From the NCBI GenBank assembly GCA_040285855.1, contig JAUFOQ010000016.1:248001-312000 (forward strand): 64,000 nt of DNA, written 5' to 3'. Source of the stretch: Eukaryota sp. GEM-RC1 (Eukaryota). Each line of letters starts with the position of its first letter. Within the stretch, counting starts at the first letter, position 1. This document shows positions 1-12,927 of this stretch, piece by piece. A model generated the notes under the pieces. The model made no database searches. It was not told where the DNA came from and was given only the letters and a program-made list of their open reading frames with translations. The translations under genes and the position numbers were made by a program.

Positions 1-1009
1 GCGACAAATCTGATAAATCTTGATCATGGTCAACATCATCACAGGGATTATAATCTCTCCCCAGAAACACATCATCAGTTTCCGTTTGCAAAATAGAAAA
101 TCTATTTACATGAGAATGTAACTCTAAATTCGAAGGTGATTTTCTAACAAAATGACGTCTGTTTGATGTTTCGAAATCAACAAATTGAAATCCAGAACCC
201 TTCAATGGAGAAAAAGTTTTAAAAACAGTAAACTTCCTTTTAGAAACAGGTCGTTGTGTTTGATTGCAATCAACATGATCAAACGTGTTTTGACACGTGT
301 TTTTTCCAGAGAAGGGCTCATGAAGAAAAGAAGATTCATCAAGAGCTTTCCGTGGGATCTCGAGAGTAGCTTGAAAGATCTGAATAAGTATTGATGAGTT
401 TACTTGAGTAAGACGTAGATCAAGGGTTTTGAGGGAATTGTTACGTCTGAGAGAGTCAAGAAGGTATTTGGCACCTGTATCAGAAATGGGATTGTGGAAA
501 AGAGAAAGATATACGAGATTAGAAGTCTCTAGAGCATTAGCCAAATGAAAAGCACCAATGTCATGGACATTGTTATCACGGAGATCTAGACGTCGTAAAG
601 TGGGTACTGATTTAATAATATCAGCTACGGTTGCAGCGCCAGTATCTGTTAAGTTATTTTGGGCAAGAAGAAGTGTATGAAGAGGGGGCGTAGAATTGGA
701 TGACGTGAGAGCAACAAGCAATGTTAACAATCCGGAATCGTCAATACAATTGTCTCCTAGATCAATAGACTCGATGAAAGGAGGTAAGCAAGAAAAAATG
801 GTAGACAAACCAGACGAGCCGATACCACAACTCCAAAGATCGATTGCTACAAGGTTTTGTACAGACGGTAGTAAATGGCTTAAACTATGCAAAAACGAAC
901 TGGAAAGATCAAAGAACCGTAAATATAAAGAATAAAGTTGATCGTTCTCTATGAGCCGGAGAAGGGATTGCAGATGTTGTCTGGATGGTGAAAAGGGTGT
1001 CATATCCAT
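1..1009 (-). CDS. RNI-like leucine-rich repeat protein, 3' end runs off the window (absent from the ORF track)
   Basis: Manual translation from ATG 1009 is open to position 1 and gives repeats such as LHTLLLAQNNLTDTGAATVA, LRRLDLRDNNVHDIGAFHLANAL and LVYLSLFHNPISDTGAKYLL. Confidence 0.85.
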   Translation of the reverse strand, partial: MDMTPFSPSRQHLQSLLRLIENDQLYSLYLRFFDLSSSFLHSLSHLLPSVQNLVAIDLWSCGIGSSGLSTIFSCLPPFIESIDLGDNCIDDSGLLTLLVALTSSNSTPPLHTLLLAQNNLTDTGAATVADIIKSVPTLRRLDLRDNNVHDIGAFHLANALETSNLVYLSLFHNPISDTGAKYLLDSLRRNNSLKTLDLRLTQVNSSILIQIFQATLEIPRKALDESSFLHEPFSGKNTCQNTFDHVDCNQTQRPVSKRKFTVFKTFSPLKGSGFQFVDFETSNRRHFVRKSPSNLELHSHVNRFSILQTETDDVFLGRDYNPCDDVDHDQDLSDLS

Positions 1010-1655
1010 TTGTTGAACTGTCTTGACATAGAGTGATGGACAGGAAATATTTGAAATTATGACTTTGTGGTGTCAACAATTCTTCGAGTTGAACTACAAA
1101 AGACAAGAGTTCCTTTCGTTGTAGTTCACCGTTATGTATGAAGCAGCGGGCTTTATCTCAAGACCCCACTTTGCTGATCAAATTGATTCGACTTGACAGA
1201 TTTCGTATATAATTTGGAGTACTTCAATTTCGGTGAACAACGACGAACCGGTATACCATAGGTATTACTTTGTATTTTTGACGAGTGCCTGCTAGTGTCT
1301 ACATTGCAAGTACGTTTTCAATGATGGCTTCAGATTATACCCAATAGACAACTGTCATAACAGGATCCTTCTTCATGGTCTTACATCTTTTGTTATGGAC
1401 TCAGCTTCTTCCTGTTCAAGTTAAATGATTATGGTATGTGTTACATGAACTCAACAAAATCTCACCATAATCAAATTAAAAGATACATTGGGAAACTACA
1501 AGTTACAAATTCAATAGTGAGTTTCATGACATGTTCCTATTGTAAGAAAAAGAAAGTTAAAAACAGAACTAATCTTACAGACACAATTTAATATTCACTA
1601 TCATCGATAAAATAAAACGGATATTAAAAGAATTGAACCTACTTTAGACGTTCAT

Positions 1656-3519
1656 CTACATAACAAAACGTCGAATAATCGCAAAAATCAAAATAATTAG
1701 ACTAATAACCGCTAACTTGAACCAAAGCTTAGAATACACAGTAATATCAACTGGTCGCTTTATAATATCAGGTTCCTCTCTAGGTAAAACTCTAGAAACC
1801 CCAGTTGCCGAAACCCCTAGAGAAACAAGATTGTTAGTTGAAAGGAAGAAAGACCGGAGTTTACAATATACCTTCATACTTGATCGTTCAGTGTCGAGAC
1901 CGATGAATACTGCAGCTAAAGTACATTCATCGTTAACTAAAAGATTAATAGAAGATACGGCGAGTTCTTTGCAGAGGAAGAGGCGGACATGGTGTAGAAT
2001 ATTTAAAAAATTGGTGTGATGTGAACATTCAAACACAGCAGTAACAGCGTAGTTGTCCATGTTATACACTCCAGACTTAAACCTAGTCTTCAACAATGAA
2101 ATTTTAAAATTTGGTGGATTCATTGAGCAAATTCCCCTTTCAATATCCTCTAAAGAACCATCACCTTCACTTGTTAAGTACAAAACTCGAGCATGGTCAC
2201 TAAAACTAGTAGTTGAAAGCATTGAAACAACTTTCACTGCAGGATTATGTTTCAACAGTGGTACAAACAAGGAAGAAATAGACCTTGACTGCCTTCGAGA
2301 GTCAATATCAATAGAAGATCTCATAACCAACAAAGAATCTAAGGGAAGAGGAGTGCTGACTAGCAGGGGTTTGATTGAGGTTGAATAGAGATCAGTTGGA
2401 GAGAGATCCGGGGTGATGACAGACATCTTCTCTTTATTCCAGGTCTTTAATGTTGGATTGAATTCATAGAAGGTGAAACCAATGCCAAGAGAAGAAAACA
2501 TGTAAAGTTGTCTAGCTACGAGTCTATTTGCCCAAGTAGTGTTACTGTTCATTGTTAAATCGCCACACTCTCCAATAAACAAAGAAAGATTTAAAGCAAT
2601 AGAGGTACGAATGTGGTTAGAAAGAATGGTACCCCATGACTTCGAGGGTGATGCAGGTCTAAAGTAGAGAGGGAATGGACCAAGGGGAGGGACTTGGTAG
2701 ATGTGAGGAGCGTAGACACAACGAGATAGTAGGTGGGGAGGGAGAGATAGAGGTGAAAGTCCAATGTGATGGAAGATTTGAGAGGAATCAGAGGCGTATG
2801 GTTCAATGAAGAAGAGGAAAGTTGAAGATGGGAGAGTTGAGGCAATAGAAGAAATGACCTTGGAGTAGAAACGAGAGAGTCGCTTGGCTAGGCGTTGTTT
2901 TCGACGGAATACAGAAGAAAAGAGAAAGAGTTCGGGATATGAGGGTTCATTAATAATGTCGATGGCGAATAACTTGACTGAAGAGAGATGGGTTAAAGTG
3001 AAGAGAATGAAGTTGAGATAGTGGTTTTGGAGATCATTGTCTTCATCCCAAAAGATCTTCCAAACACTGTACTGGTGTTTAGAGAAAACTAAGGACGATG
3101 CCCAAAGTGGGGTTTCTTTAACAGAAGTTGGACATTGGATAGATGAGGGTAGGGTCCAAAAGGGAAAGCCATCTCCACCTAAAGCTCGAGAGAACAGATC
3201 CTGGTGAAAGTCGAGAATGACTGGGATGTTACGGTGGTTGCAACTGTGGATGAACTTAGATAGACTGTTGAGGTAGGAAAGAGAGAATTGATTTTGTTCT
3301 GGTTCAATGTGTTCCCAAGTGACCATTAGACGAATGCAATTGAAGTTCATGGATTGGAAGGCTGAAAGAACCTGTGAGTTTTCCAAAGTAAGAAAAGGTT
3401 CGAATCGGATAGACCGTTGCTTCCAAGTTTCGGAGACTTCCTTTAGACACAGAGGAGATGTTTACTCCATGTAGAGATGCTAGAGTTTTGGAGAGTTTTA
3501 GGCTCTCCAGGTTGGTCAT
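1656..3519 (-). CDS. Glycoside hydrolase family 5 (endoglycoceramidase-like) with C-terminal TM helix; one frameshift near 3440
   Basis: LHGVNIS in ORF 3304..3519, then FNCIRLMVTWEHIEP, ILDFHQDLFSR..GGDGFP, catalytic INEP, YAPHIY and FIGECG in ORF 1656..3386. Hydrophobic C-terminus LAVISLIILIFAII. Confidence 0.85.
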
Positions 3520-3557
3520 TGTGGAAGAGTTTTTTTGAATTTCTGATTTCTTATCAA

Positions 3558-3848
3558 ATGACTGATGAAGCTCTAAGAGAATTTGATGAAGAACTACATG
3601 AGATGGAAACTAGTAATGTTGTACTTGACGATGATACACCTGCTGTGGTTGAGGCTGATACTTTAATTGAGAACGCCCTCGAACAACAGCAATTCTATGC
3701 TGAAAAACTTGACAAACTTCATCAACTTATATCTTTTCATACGGCCCAAGACAAGGTTATTGACCAACACATGGTGGATTCTTCTGAAGACACTTCTGAT
3801 GAGGAACATTTCGAGTCAGATGACACTTGGCGTTTAAAGTCTCTGTGA
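3558..3848 (+). CDS. Small acidic hypothetical protein (~96 aa)
   Basis: ATG at 3558 (MTDEALREF), D/E-rich helical composition, divergent from the GH5 gene. Confidence 0.55.
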   Translation: MTDEALREFDEELHEMETSNVVLDDDTPAVVEADTLIENALEQQQFYAEKLDKLHQLISFHTAQDKVIDQHMVDSSEDTSDEEHFESDDTWRLKSL

Positions 3849-4882
3849 CCGTATTTCTCGCTTTTGCTTTGTTTTGTTAGCTCAGATCCAGATCACTTTT
3901 GTTGTGAGGTTCACTTGAACATAATTGAATTGCTGTTTCAACTGGAATTTATTTGTTCAGGTGTACTTTGGTACATTTTTGTGTTATTTTTTCTGATTGA
4001 CGTTGTTTTTCATTTGCATTTTTTTCCATGAAAGTATCAGTATTGTTCCTGGAATTGATTTTCTGTTGATAATCTGATAAATAAACTGAAGTGAAACCAC
4101 TTGAATTTAGAAAACCTTAATTATGGTATTAATTCTAATGTCTTGACCGAGCTGGTTAGACTAAATGTGAATATTTGCACATTCTATTTGCGCCGTATAC
4201 AGTAACAGTTTACAGATGAAAGGGCATAAATCAATATCAAGACAAAATCTATAAAATACCTTTCTGATCAATAGCACAATTTATAGCGTATCCAGGTATA
4301 GTATATTCCACAGAATGTGTCTGTTCAAATATTAGGGATGTCTTTTCAACCAGTACTGATCATGAAACCCATTGAATCATATGAGTCAATTGAGTAATCT
4401 ACGACGTATTTCCAATTCCAAAAGTATTGTAATTAGAGATGGGAACGTACTCGAGTATTACTCATTAACAAGCATTTGCAGTACACTTTCAAGTCATGAT
4501 CGGATTGTAAACAGAAGTATCATATAATGGATCCACCCCCGAATAATAAACCCAAATTGTTGACATTTAATGAAAGAAGGATCATAGTTAAACATTAATG
4601 AACACTAAACATTAATAACGCGTTAAGAAAACCTGTTTTATATACAACGACAATTGAGCAGCACTATCGAGCTAATAGAGAAGATATGTCATGTAGTACT
4701 TGAATTGAGACATGAATGGAGATGATGCACAGGTATTGTTACAGAGTCTCCTTTGTTAATATTGATGGTATTCTTAATTTGTATATGTATATAAAAGGCG
4801 ATTCTACTCGCACTTTAGAAGAGTCAGTATGAGTAGTACATGTATTTTTGTTATGATGCAAATTTGTTGAATTCTCTTCAAA

Positions 4883-5902
4883 ATGGAAACCAACATCAAC
4901 TATGCACCCATCCATTCAAAACAACCCATCTTTGACGTACAATGCCATCCTTCCCAGCCTCTTCTAGCTGTTGGAGTTTTTGGAGGCATTGTTCGTGTTT
5001 TCCGTTACGCTGCTGAGCCAGATACACCACAACTTGTTGCTAATCTCAAACCCCACAAAAAGTCCATCCGATCTCTCTCTTTCTCTGCAGATGGAACTAC
5101 TCTCTATACAGGCAGCAAAGACAAGGCTATCAAAGGTATATCTGTTGGAGAAACTAAAGTTGCTTGGAAAAGGATAGATGCACATAGCCACTGTGTCTGT
5201 GCTCTACAACACCTTTCCCACACCTCAAACTCTTTCAGCAACCCAGAATTTTCCACTCTACTCGCTTCTGGTGATGAGAATGGTACGATAAAGATTTGGG
5301 ACACACGAACCCCTAAGAACGTCAAATGCTTTAACGATGGCGCTGATTTCATTTCCTCCTTCCTATGGCATCCCCAAAGTTACACTCTGCTAGCAGGGTC
5401 AGGTGACGGATCTCTGTATTCATATGACTTCAGATCCGCTTCTACCACATTCAGTACTGTTTCAGAAGATTTAGGTGATGAAATTCTGTCACTATCTCTA
5501 TTGAAAAACGGATCTAAACTTTTGGCGGGAACTCTAGGTGGAGATATCTTAATCTATGACTGGAATTACTTTGGTGATTTTTCTGATAAGTTGGTTGGTC
5601 ATCCGGATGCAGTGGAAAGTATAGTTAAAATTGATGAAGATACCGTATTAACTTCCTCGGATGATGGTATAATTAGAATTGTCTCTGTCCTACCCAATCA
5701 ATTACTAGGAGTTCTAGGAGAACATGGCCAATTCCCCGTTGAAAGGATGTCTAAGTCATATGATGGGCAAGTTCTGGCTTCAACGAGTCATGATAACTGT
5801 GTTAAACTGTGGGATTTGTCTGTTTTCTATGAGGATGGTGATGAAGAAGTTATGGATGAAGAGGTTAAACCTGAAGGTGAAGGATTCTTTGATGGATTGT
5901 AA
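4883..5902 (+). CDS. WDR55: WD repeat protein 55 / Jip5-like
   Basis: WD40 repeats; family-like segments TSSDDGIIRIVSVLPNQLLGVLGEHGQFPVE and LASTSHDNCVKLWD; terminal FFDGL. Confidence 0.85.
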   Translation: METNINYAPIHSKQPIFDVQCHPSQPLLAVGVFGGIVRVFRYAAEPDTPQLVANLKPHKKSIRSLSFSADGTTLYTGSKDKAIKGISVGETKVAWKRIDAHSHCVCALQHLSHTSNSFSNPEFSTLLASGDENGTIKIWDTRTPKNVKCFNDGADFISSFLWHPQSYTLLAGSGDGSLYSYDFRSASTTFSTVSEDLGDEILSLSLLKNGSKLLAGTLGGDILIYDWNYFGDFSDKLVGHPDAVESIVKIDEDTVLTSSDDGIIRIVSVLPNQLLGVLGEHGQFPVERMSKSYDGQVLASTSHDNCVKLWDLSVFYEDGDEEVMDEEVKPEGEGFFDGL

Positions 5903-6686
5903 GTGTTTAGTTGTAAGTAGAAGCAGTAGTGCAATCGAATTAGTTTAGTTTTTGTGTAATACGTATTTTTTAATTTATACTTAGCCTGATGTCTGGTGAC
6001 GTTTACAATACATTGATTTGTGAAACATGGCAAGGAATACTATAAGTAATTAAAGTTTGTACAATGAAGTTATTCCTCATTCGTATCGGGATTTGATCGT
6101 ACAGTACATGTCCACATGACTGAAGTTATCTATATTCATTCTCAGGTTTTGCTTTTTCCCACAATCTAAGAGCTTTTTAGTAAATGGGCACTGAAATACA
6201 ATTTTTAAAGTAACGTGTGAAGGTCAATTTAATTCAAAAATATACACTGGTGGGAACCTACACAATGTCCATTCCAATAGTTACGAGCTATGTCTCCTCA
6301 ACATGTATTGGATGATGTTTCTCAGAAGACCAACATGTAATGGATGGCCAAGTCATCTATGCCTCATCCATTAGTTCTCGTGACTTACTGCTTATCTTGA
6401 TAAACTGTGTTGAATAAAAATAATAATTCTTCCACATGAATATTTTACAACATTCAGTTGCTCTTCAGTATTATGGTTGTTCTATGATTGTAAATCCGTT
6501 TCATTTTTAGCCCAAATCTGTTCTACTTTCTTTCAGTACTTACTTTCACAAGTGTACAGTACATGCGGTCGTTGTGTGGATTTGCATCACAGTGACTAAT
6601 TATTACACTTGGCGCCAACACTCAATATTTATTGAATCGAATAAGGAGATTCCCAGCTACAAGTACTACAATGTTGTACTGGTGAG

Positions 6687-8897
6687 CAGTGTTCGAAGAC
6701 ACGCGTGGACACGTTTGGACACGGACACGGTGTTTTTTCAAAAACACGCAAAAAGACACGCAAACACACACGGCGTGTCTACGTGTTTTTTCAGTGTTTC
6801 GGAAATACGTATTTAATCCCAAATCAATGAAGAAACGTGAAACTTGGGGTTATGTATTATCTGGTATTATAGAACGATACTTGGGAAATCAAGGTACGAG
6901 ATTATTCGTTGATGAATCCGTACTTCAGCCTAAATACATAAATCGTTTTCAAAATACACTTACCTCCATAGTCATCCCACCACTCATGAGCTGCAATCCT
7001 ATTCACGTCAAGCCAAAACTCTGGTTTGTTAAATGGATCATTTCTTTTCTGAAGTTACGAAACTCATCTTTCGCTTGCTTTACTTCTGCCTCAGACTCTA
7101 GTTTACGATTCAAATATTGGTAAAATGACTGTAACATCGATAGATTCATTTCTTCTATTTCCAGCAATATTAGCGGGATCTAACACAAAGGCAGCTATAT
7201 GTAAGTCTGAAATCATTTTTTCCATTCGGCTAAACGCGCATTCTATAATTTCCCTTCTCTGCAGTGGTTGCTGTCAAGAAAGTTTAAGTTATGAACGGTT
7301 TCTTCAATCTTTGTCACCATTTTGCGGAGAACCGGAAATACCTTCAAAAGTGTTGGTTTTTGGCTGTCAAAGAACTTGATTGCATCAACCACGGGCTTCC
7401 AAAATAGAAGAAGATTTTGTAAGAAATACCAAAATGGAAAATCTGATTCAATTACTAACATTTTGAATTTCGTCATCAGAGATTTTTGATTTGTTTCTCT
7501 TGGGCCTAGATCATTTAGGCAAGTTTTCCACTCTTGGGACATAATTGTTTCCAATACAGCGTTCTTTGTTCGTATGACTCTGCTCAACATAATACAATTT
7601 GTATAAAATCTGGTTGAGCCTGGTCTGAGTAGATGCAACCCATTGGAAGATGTTTGAAATCGTAATTTCAAAGCTTTTTTCTGTTGATGAGGGAGATTGC
7701 ATTGGCTACAATTGTGATGACTTCTCTAATTTGATTGATTTCAGACATCTTTTTAAGAAGTAAATCCAAAGAATGGGAACCACAACTGGTCCAAAAAATT
7801 CCTGACTTTTGGGTTTCCAACTCTTTGTCAATTTTAAAATTTGAGCCATTATCGGTCACAACTTGAACGAAATTTTGTGGCCCGAGTTCCTGAAGAACTG
7901 ATTCAATGTGTGGCCATATAAAGTTTTTTGTCAATTTATGACCTGTCACATTTATACTCTTCCAGAACACACTACCTCCAGGAAAAGAAACAATGAAGTT
8001 TATTAAGCTATTTCCATTGAGGTCGGTCCATCCATCAGTGGACAGTGTTAGACCAAAACTGAGGTTTCGCTCTATTTTATCCTTGACATTACAAAGCAAT
8101 TTTTCTTTTGTACTAGTTAAAAGGGAGGTTCGTACAGTTGTGTCAGTGGGCAGTTGGAAAGTAATTTCAGTGGGTTGAAGTAAGGAGTCAATGAACTCTT
8201 GGAAGAAGCGAGAATTTTACAGATTGAAAGCTAACGCATCTGCACAAATAAATTCTGTAAGTTTTAAAAAGGACACCAGCAGTATATTCTTCCATTTGAG
8301 AACTGTTTAAGGCAGTAGAAGAGGATGCAAATCGAAGTTGTTTCCAGCGGGGTTGCACAATAGGAGTGGGAGATGGCCCATCAAGGTCTATAATATTAGG
8401 AGAGCTAGTTGTGGTTCCGAGAAGGCGCTTTCTAGAAGAAGAATGTGAAACACTGTTACCACAGTCAAAAGCTCGGATGTCAGCTATCTCCTGAGGAAAA
8501 AGGTGGGCTTTAGGACAGATACCAATTCCTCTATTTCCGTGTTCTTGAAGGAAGTGGCCAACAAAACGGTAACAGGTTCCACTGAACGTGTTCCAACACC
8601 AGTCACATTTCACAGTCCTCGCTGATGAGTTTGGACTTCTGTTGGTTGGAATCTCAGTCACATATTTATAAACCGGATGTTGTGATCGGATACCAGTCAG
8701 AGGCATGACTGGGTTCAAAGTAATGTTTATATGAGCAAAACTGACCTACAAGTTGTAGAATGTGGATCTGAGAATTTTTGAAAAAAAACACCTAGACGCA
8801 AAAACACCCAAAAGACACATCAAAGACACCGTGTGGACACGCGTGTTAACACCGACACGGTGTCTTTTCAAAAACACGTCGGAAATTTCGAACACTG
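6687..8897 (-). mobile_element. hAT DNA transposon (DUF659-type), 2211 bp
   Basis: 11-bp TIR CAGTGTTCGAA (6687-6697, 8887-8897); perfect 8-bp TSD CTGGTGAG (6679-6686, 8898-8905); ACACG/GACAC-rich subterminal arrays; internal transposase. Confidence 0.95.
6960..8706 (-). pseudogene. Disrupted hAT transposase (BED finger + DUF659 RNase H-like core)
   Basis: BED-like CDWC...HF; TLSTDGWTD...LINF, VVTDNGSN, CGSHSLDLLL, LLRPGSTRF, LHIAAFVLDP and HEWWDDYG spread over several frames. In-frame stops are present and no C-terminal dimerisation domain was seen. Confidence 0.85.
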
Positions 8898-8987
8898 CTG
8901 GTGAGTGCTTTATTTTTAATTTCATCTTATCATGCAGTTGCAAGTTAATTTTTAACGTTTTTATTTGTATACACAACATCGAACTAA

Positions 8988-11900
8988 TTATGCTGAAACA
9001 TCTAACAATGAACTAACGAGCAGTACATCATTTTGGAAATGACTAATCTTTTTTGACTTGGACGTCAAGTGAATCACAACAGCAATGACCACTCCAACCA
9101 CGACAACAACAGCAGCTGCGATGATAACCATCAAAGTCGAATGATATTCAAGCAGCGCCACAATAGTTTCCTCACTAATGGTAGTTTTTGAACTGAACTC
9201 AATTGAGTGATGGCTGTGAGTAAAGGAATTCTTAAACTGAATCTCAATTGTACGAGGATTCACCAGAATTACAGCTTCTACTTGTGTATCTGAATCGGTT
9301 GGGATCAAATTCCTTTCCAAAACTCAGGATCTTCTAGTTGCGGATCAAAGACATTGAGTGTAGGAATTGTACATAAAGCTTTTGTATCTTTTGTAGCTTT
9401 ACATTTGATTGAAGTTTCGTTAAAGGGAGTGAACTTGAGTTTAGATGAATATTCTGGACCATGAGAGGTGAGTGAAAGTACTTGACGATCATGTTCTTCA
9501 ACATAAACAACACTATAGACACCAGTGTAAAGTGATGTTTCTATATTGCAGTATTCACAAGGAGTTTCCAAAGTAATGTAGCCGTTGGTTACTGGTGATG
9601 TGTCATCATTCAAGAGCAAGTCAATGTCCTCTGTGGAGACCAAAGACTTTCCCATGGCAGAAACAGTTGGTTCTTCGATGAAGGAAAACATACATGTAGA
9701 CTTAAATGTCGTTCCACTGTTGTGCATGGTTTGAAACATGCATTCATCCGCATAAAAGGATCCTGATGAACCTTTGAATGTAAACTCATTGTTGGAATGA
9801 CGGACAGTAATAGAATTTGAATCGTGTAATTGATATTCAACAAAACATCTTGAACAGGTTCCATTAGTTGTATAATCAGTCATGTAGATAGAGTCAACAA
9901 TGTATGGATGGCCTGACCGTAGCAAGACTTCGTGAGTGGGAGAAGGAACAGGTTCTTGACATGATTTGGCAGTGCATTCGTAAACAATGAGAACTTGGAA
10001 GTTGTTAGAGGTTGGATTCTCAATGACCAAATCGATGAAAGAAAACTCTGTAGAAAACAACATATCAGAATACCAAAGATCACCATGAAGTCTAGTGACT
10101 GCTGCTTCCATACCAGAAATGGAGGGTATGTTTGTGGTGGCAAGACGAGGTATAGTAACAACAACAGCAACTCTTTTGCAGAGAATGTTTCACCCACTTC
10201 AGCAAGGACATACTTAGTAACACAAACATCTTGTTCTTCAATTGAAACAATGACTGATGGTTTTGTGACAATTACCGCGGTTTTACTTACTTTGTCCTCA
10301 TCAATAACACTGTACCAATGTCCAGTAACATGGAAAAAGACGTTTTCCTTGAAATCTCTAAAGTGATAAAAGCCCTTTTCAACGACTGATCCACATCCAA
10401 AATCGTACAAATCATCTGAAAGCACAAACGTCGTTGTGTAAGTTCCTTGTCGTTTAGGATTATACAACTCAATGAAGACTGGAGGGTAATCAACTGTTAC
10501 AGTAAGGGTACATCTAGAGTCACTCGTTGAATCCGTTCTAGATATTTTTCCATTGTGGTATTCATTAACATACATATGTACTACGGTAGTATCGTGAATC
10601 CATCCATCTTCAAATATTTTAATATGTACTGATGATGAAGGCCACGAGATAAACGTTCTAACTGTTCCAGTATAAGATTCCATATCATGGTGAACTCCAT
10701 CAATAGAGAGCTTCATGTATTTGTACCTCCTTGAACAATCCCACGAGATTGTTCTCATTCTAGAGTATGGAACGGAAAGATTCTTACCCCTACTTTCAGA
10801 GAACATGGTCTGTGATGTTGAAGCTCCAGGAGAGGCTGCTGTAAACGTGCGCATAACGGGTACATTTGATCCAGATGACAAGAACTTCTTAGATGTCCAC
10901 GTCTGATCATCAGGAGTTGCAGTGATTTCGTAAAAGATATGACTAGGACCGGTCACAGTTGATCTTACATAGACATTGGGACTAACTTCTTTGGTTTCAG
11001 TGACAAAGAATGTGTACTTTCTTGAGTGGTCATCGTTATATCGTACTATTTGACCTTCGGAATCAGCTTTAATGTAGAACGTGTGGTACTTAGAGTCAAA
11101 CCAGAAACGATGGTGTTTCCAAAGCTCGATAGTGACTTGTTGCTTGTGTGGTAGGAAAAGATAGTCGTCAATTACACACTTTCTGTATGAGATGGATGAA
11201 CATGTTTCAGTAGAAGTCTTTCGATAGTAAAGGTAGAATTTTTCCAGTTCTCCAGCTCCTTCTATTTGCATTTGTCCAATGTACGATCGAGGGGCAAGGT
11301 CGGGAAGAGCATTGGTCACAGATTCCAGGGGAACAGAATCAGAACATCCGTCCATAATATTGAACCGAACCAACTCAAAGTCATACCGTCTGGCAGAATG
11401 AATATCAAATGTCTTTACTAGAAGATTCAAGTGGATATCACTCATACCAATGGCCATGTCCAAACCAAAAAAGACAAGTAAATGAAGTTGATCGATACAG
11501 ATCTGATTGCTAACAGTTCCTTGGATGAAGGGGGAAATGGTACCATAGAAAGTGACAGCTTCTGATATAGTAACACTCAAAGTAGCGTTGAGACCAAATA
11601 TAACAGTAAGTGTACCATCAAAGTCTCGTTGGAAGTTGGAGACCAAGTCACCAAATGTGTAGTGATTGAACAGGCCATTGTAGTTGTTCCATCCGGCTTT
11701 GACTTCAGCATTAGGAGTTGCAAGGAGGTAGCTGGCAGTAAACAAAGTGTCTGAATCGACAATCGCAAAGGCACCCATTTTGAGGTTAAGTTTGATAGAA
11801 ATTGGAATTCCTAAGATAAAGATTCTCCATGTCACTACGTCGACATTTGCGAGAGGTTTCTCCCAGAAGCCATGATAATTTCCGTCGATTTCTATGCCAA

Positions 11901-12425
11901 TGTGAGTATCAAGTTTTTGAACGAACCTCGCTTGAGCAAGTGTAAGCCCTTCGAACATGTTGAATTCAAAGTCGAAGAACAGAGCGGAAGACGCCATGAA
12001 GTAGGGTTCCTTGATGGTGATTCTCCCATAGTCAAAGTCCTTCTTGTCTTGATAGTTCCACGTGTATTTGAAGCGCCATTTGGGATCATTGTTTTCGTAT
12101 TTCAGGGAGAGGCGAGAGAAAGCTTGGAGTGGGTTGACAGGAACCAGCTTACACTCGTCGTCACATGTCTGGCGGAAAACGGCATCTCCTTTGACGTAGA
12201 AGGCAGAAGGATCGTTTGCAAAGGGGAGGCGTTCTCCGATGAGATTATTGGCCCAGCTGCTTTGGCGACGATGGCAAGATTGAGGAAATCGGTCTTCGCT
12301 TTGACATTCAAAACACCGTGAACATCAGGTGTTGAAAGATCCATCACAAGGTCCTCGATTCCTGGGAGTGGCATTGAATGCCCCATAGCAAAGACAACTA
12401 TCACAGCAAGGTACAGAAAAAGCAT
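8988..12425 (-). CDS. Large type-I membrane/surface protein (~1100 aa) split into about 5 ORFs by indels
   Basis: N-terminal signal-like MLFLYLAVIVVFAMG, abutting same-strand ORFs (12102..12425, 9880..11997, 9305..10111, 8988..9320), beta/Cys-rich ectodomain and C-terminal TM LMVIIAAAVVVVVGVVIAVVI. Confidence 0.7.
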
Positions 12426-12927
12426 CTTCAGTGAGTAAATGATATGAGGTGCAAATTTTGAATTTACAATTCAAACAGATGTCTTGTTCCAGTTCGTCTC
12501 GTCACATAGTCCTAGAAACATTGTTTGTATGTTTCAACATTGGTTTGAAGATGTGCTCTTAAATGATGGGTCCTCATGTTTGTCCAACATTAGGCTAAGC
12601 AGTTCAGAAACATTTAAGACATTTATTCTGTGGTCTAAATCATAGTGATCGAAGTTGCATATCAAGTGGAAGAACAATTGAAGTCTAGTATTATTGCGAA
12701 CGTCATCTTGCTCCATCTTGCTTTTTACTTTTACTTTCCCTTGACAGTAAGTTTCTTTACATTTCTCATCTCATCTCCTCAGCTAATCATTCAGTAGTTC
12801 TACATACAACTTATTAGATGCAGGAGAGTTCTTGGAATAATCTATTTGTTAGTGGATAGAAAGTCCTCATACAAGCAACGTTGAGAATTACACAGAACAA
12901 TCTTACCTTTCACGGTGAAAGTTTCAC

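Noticed and set aside
6687..6800. Short GACACG repeats resembling a CRISPR-like array
   Set aside because: Spacing is irregular, there are no unique spacers, and they lie just inside a TIR with an 8-bp TSD, so they are hAT subterminal repeats.
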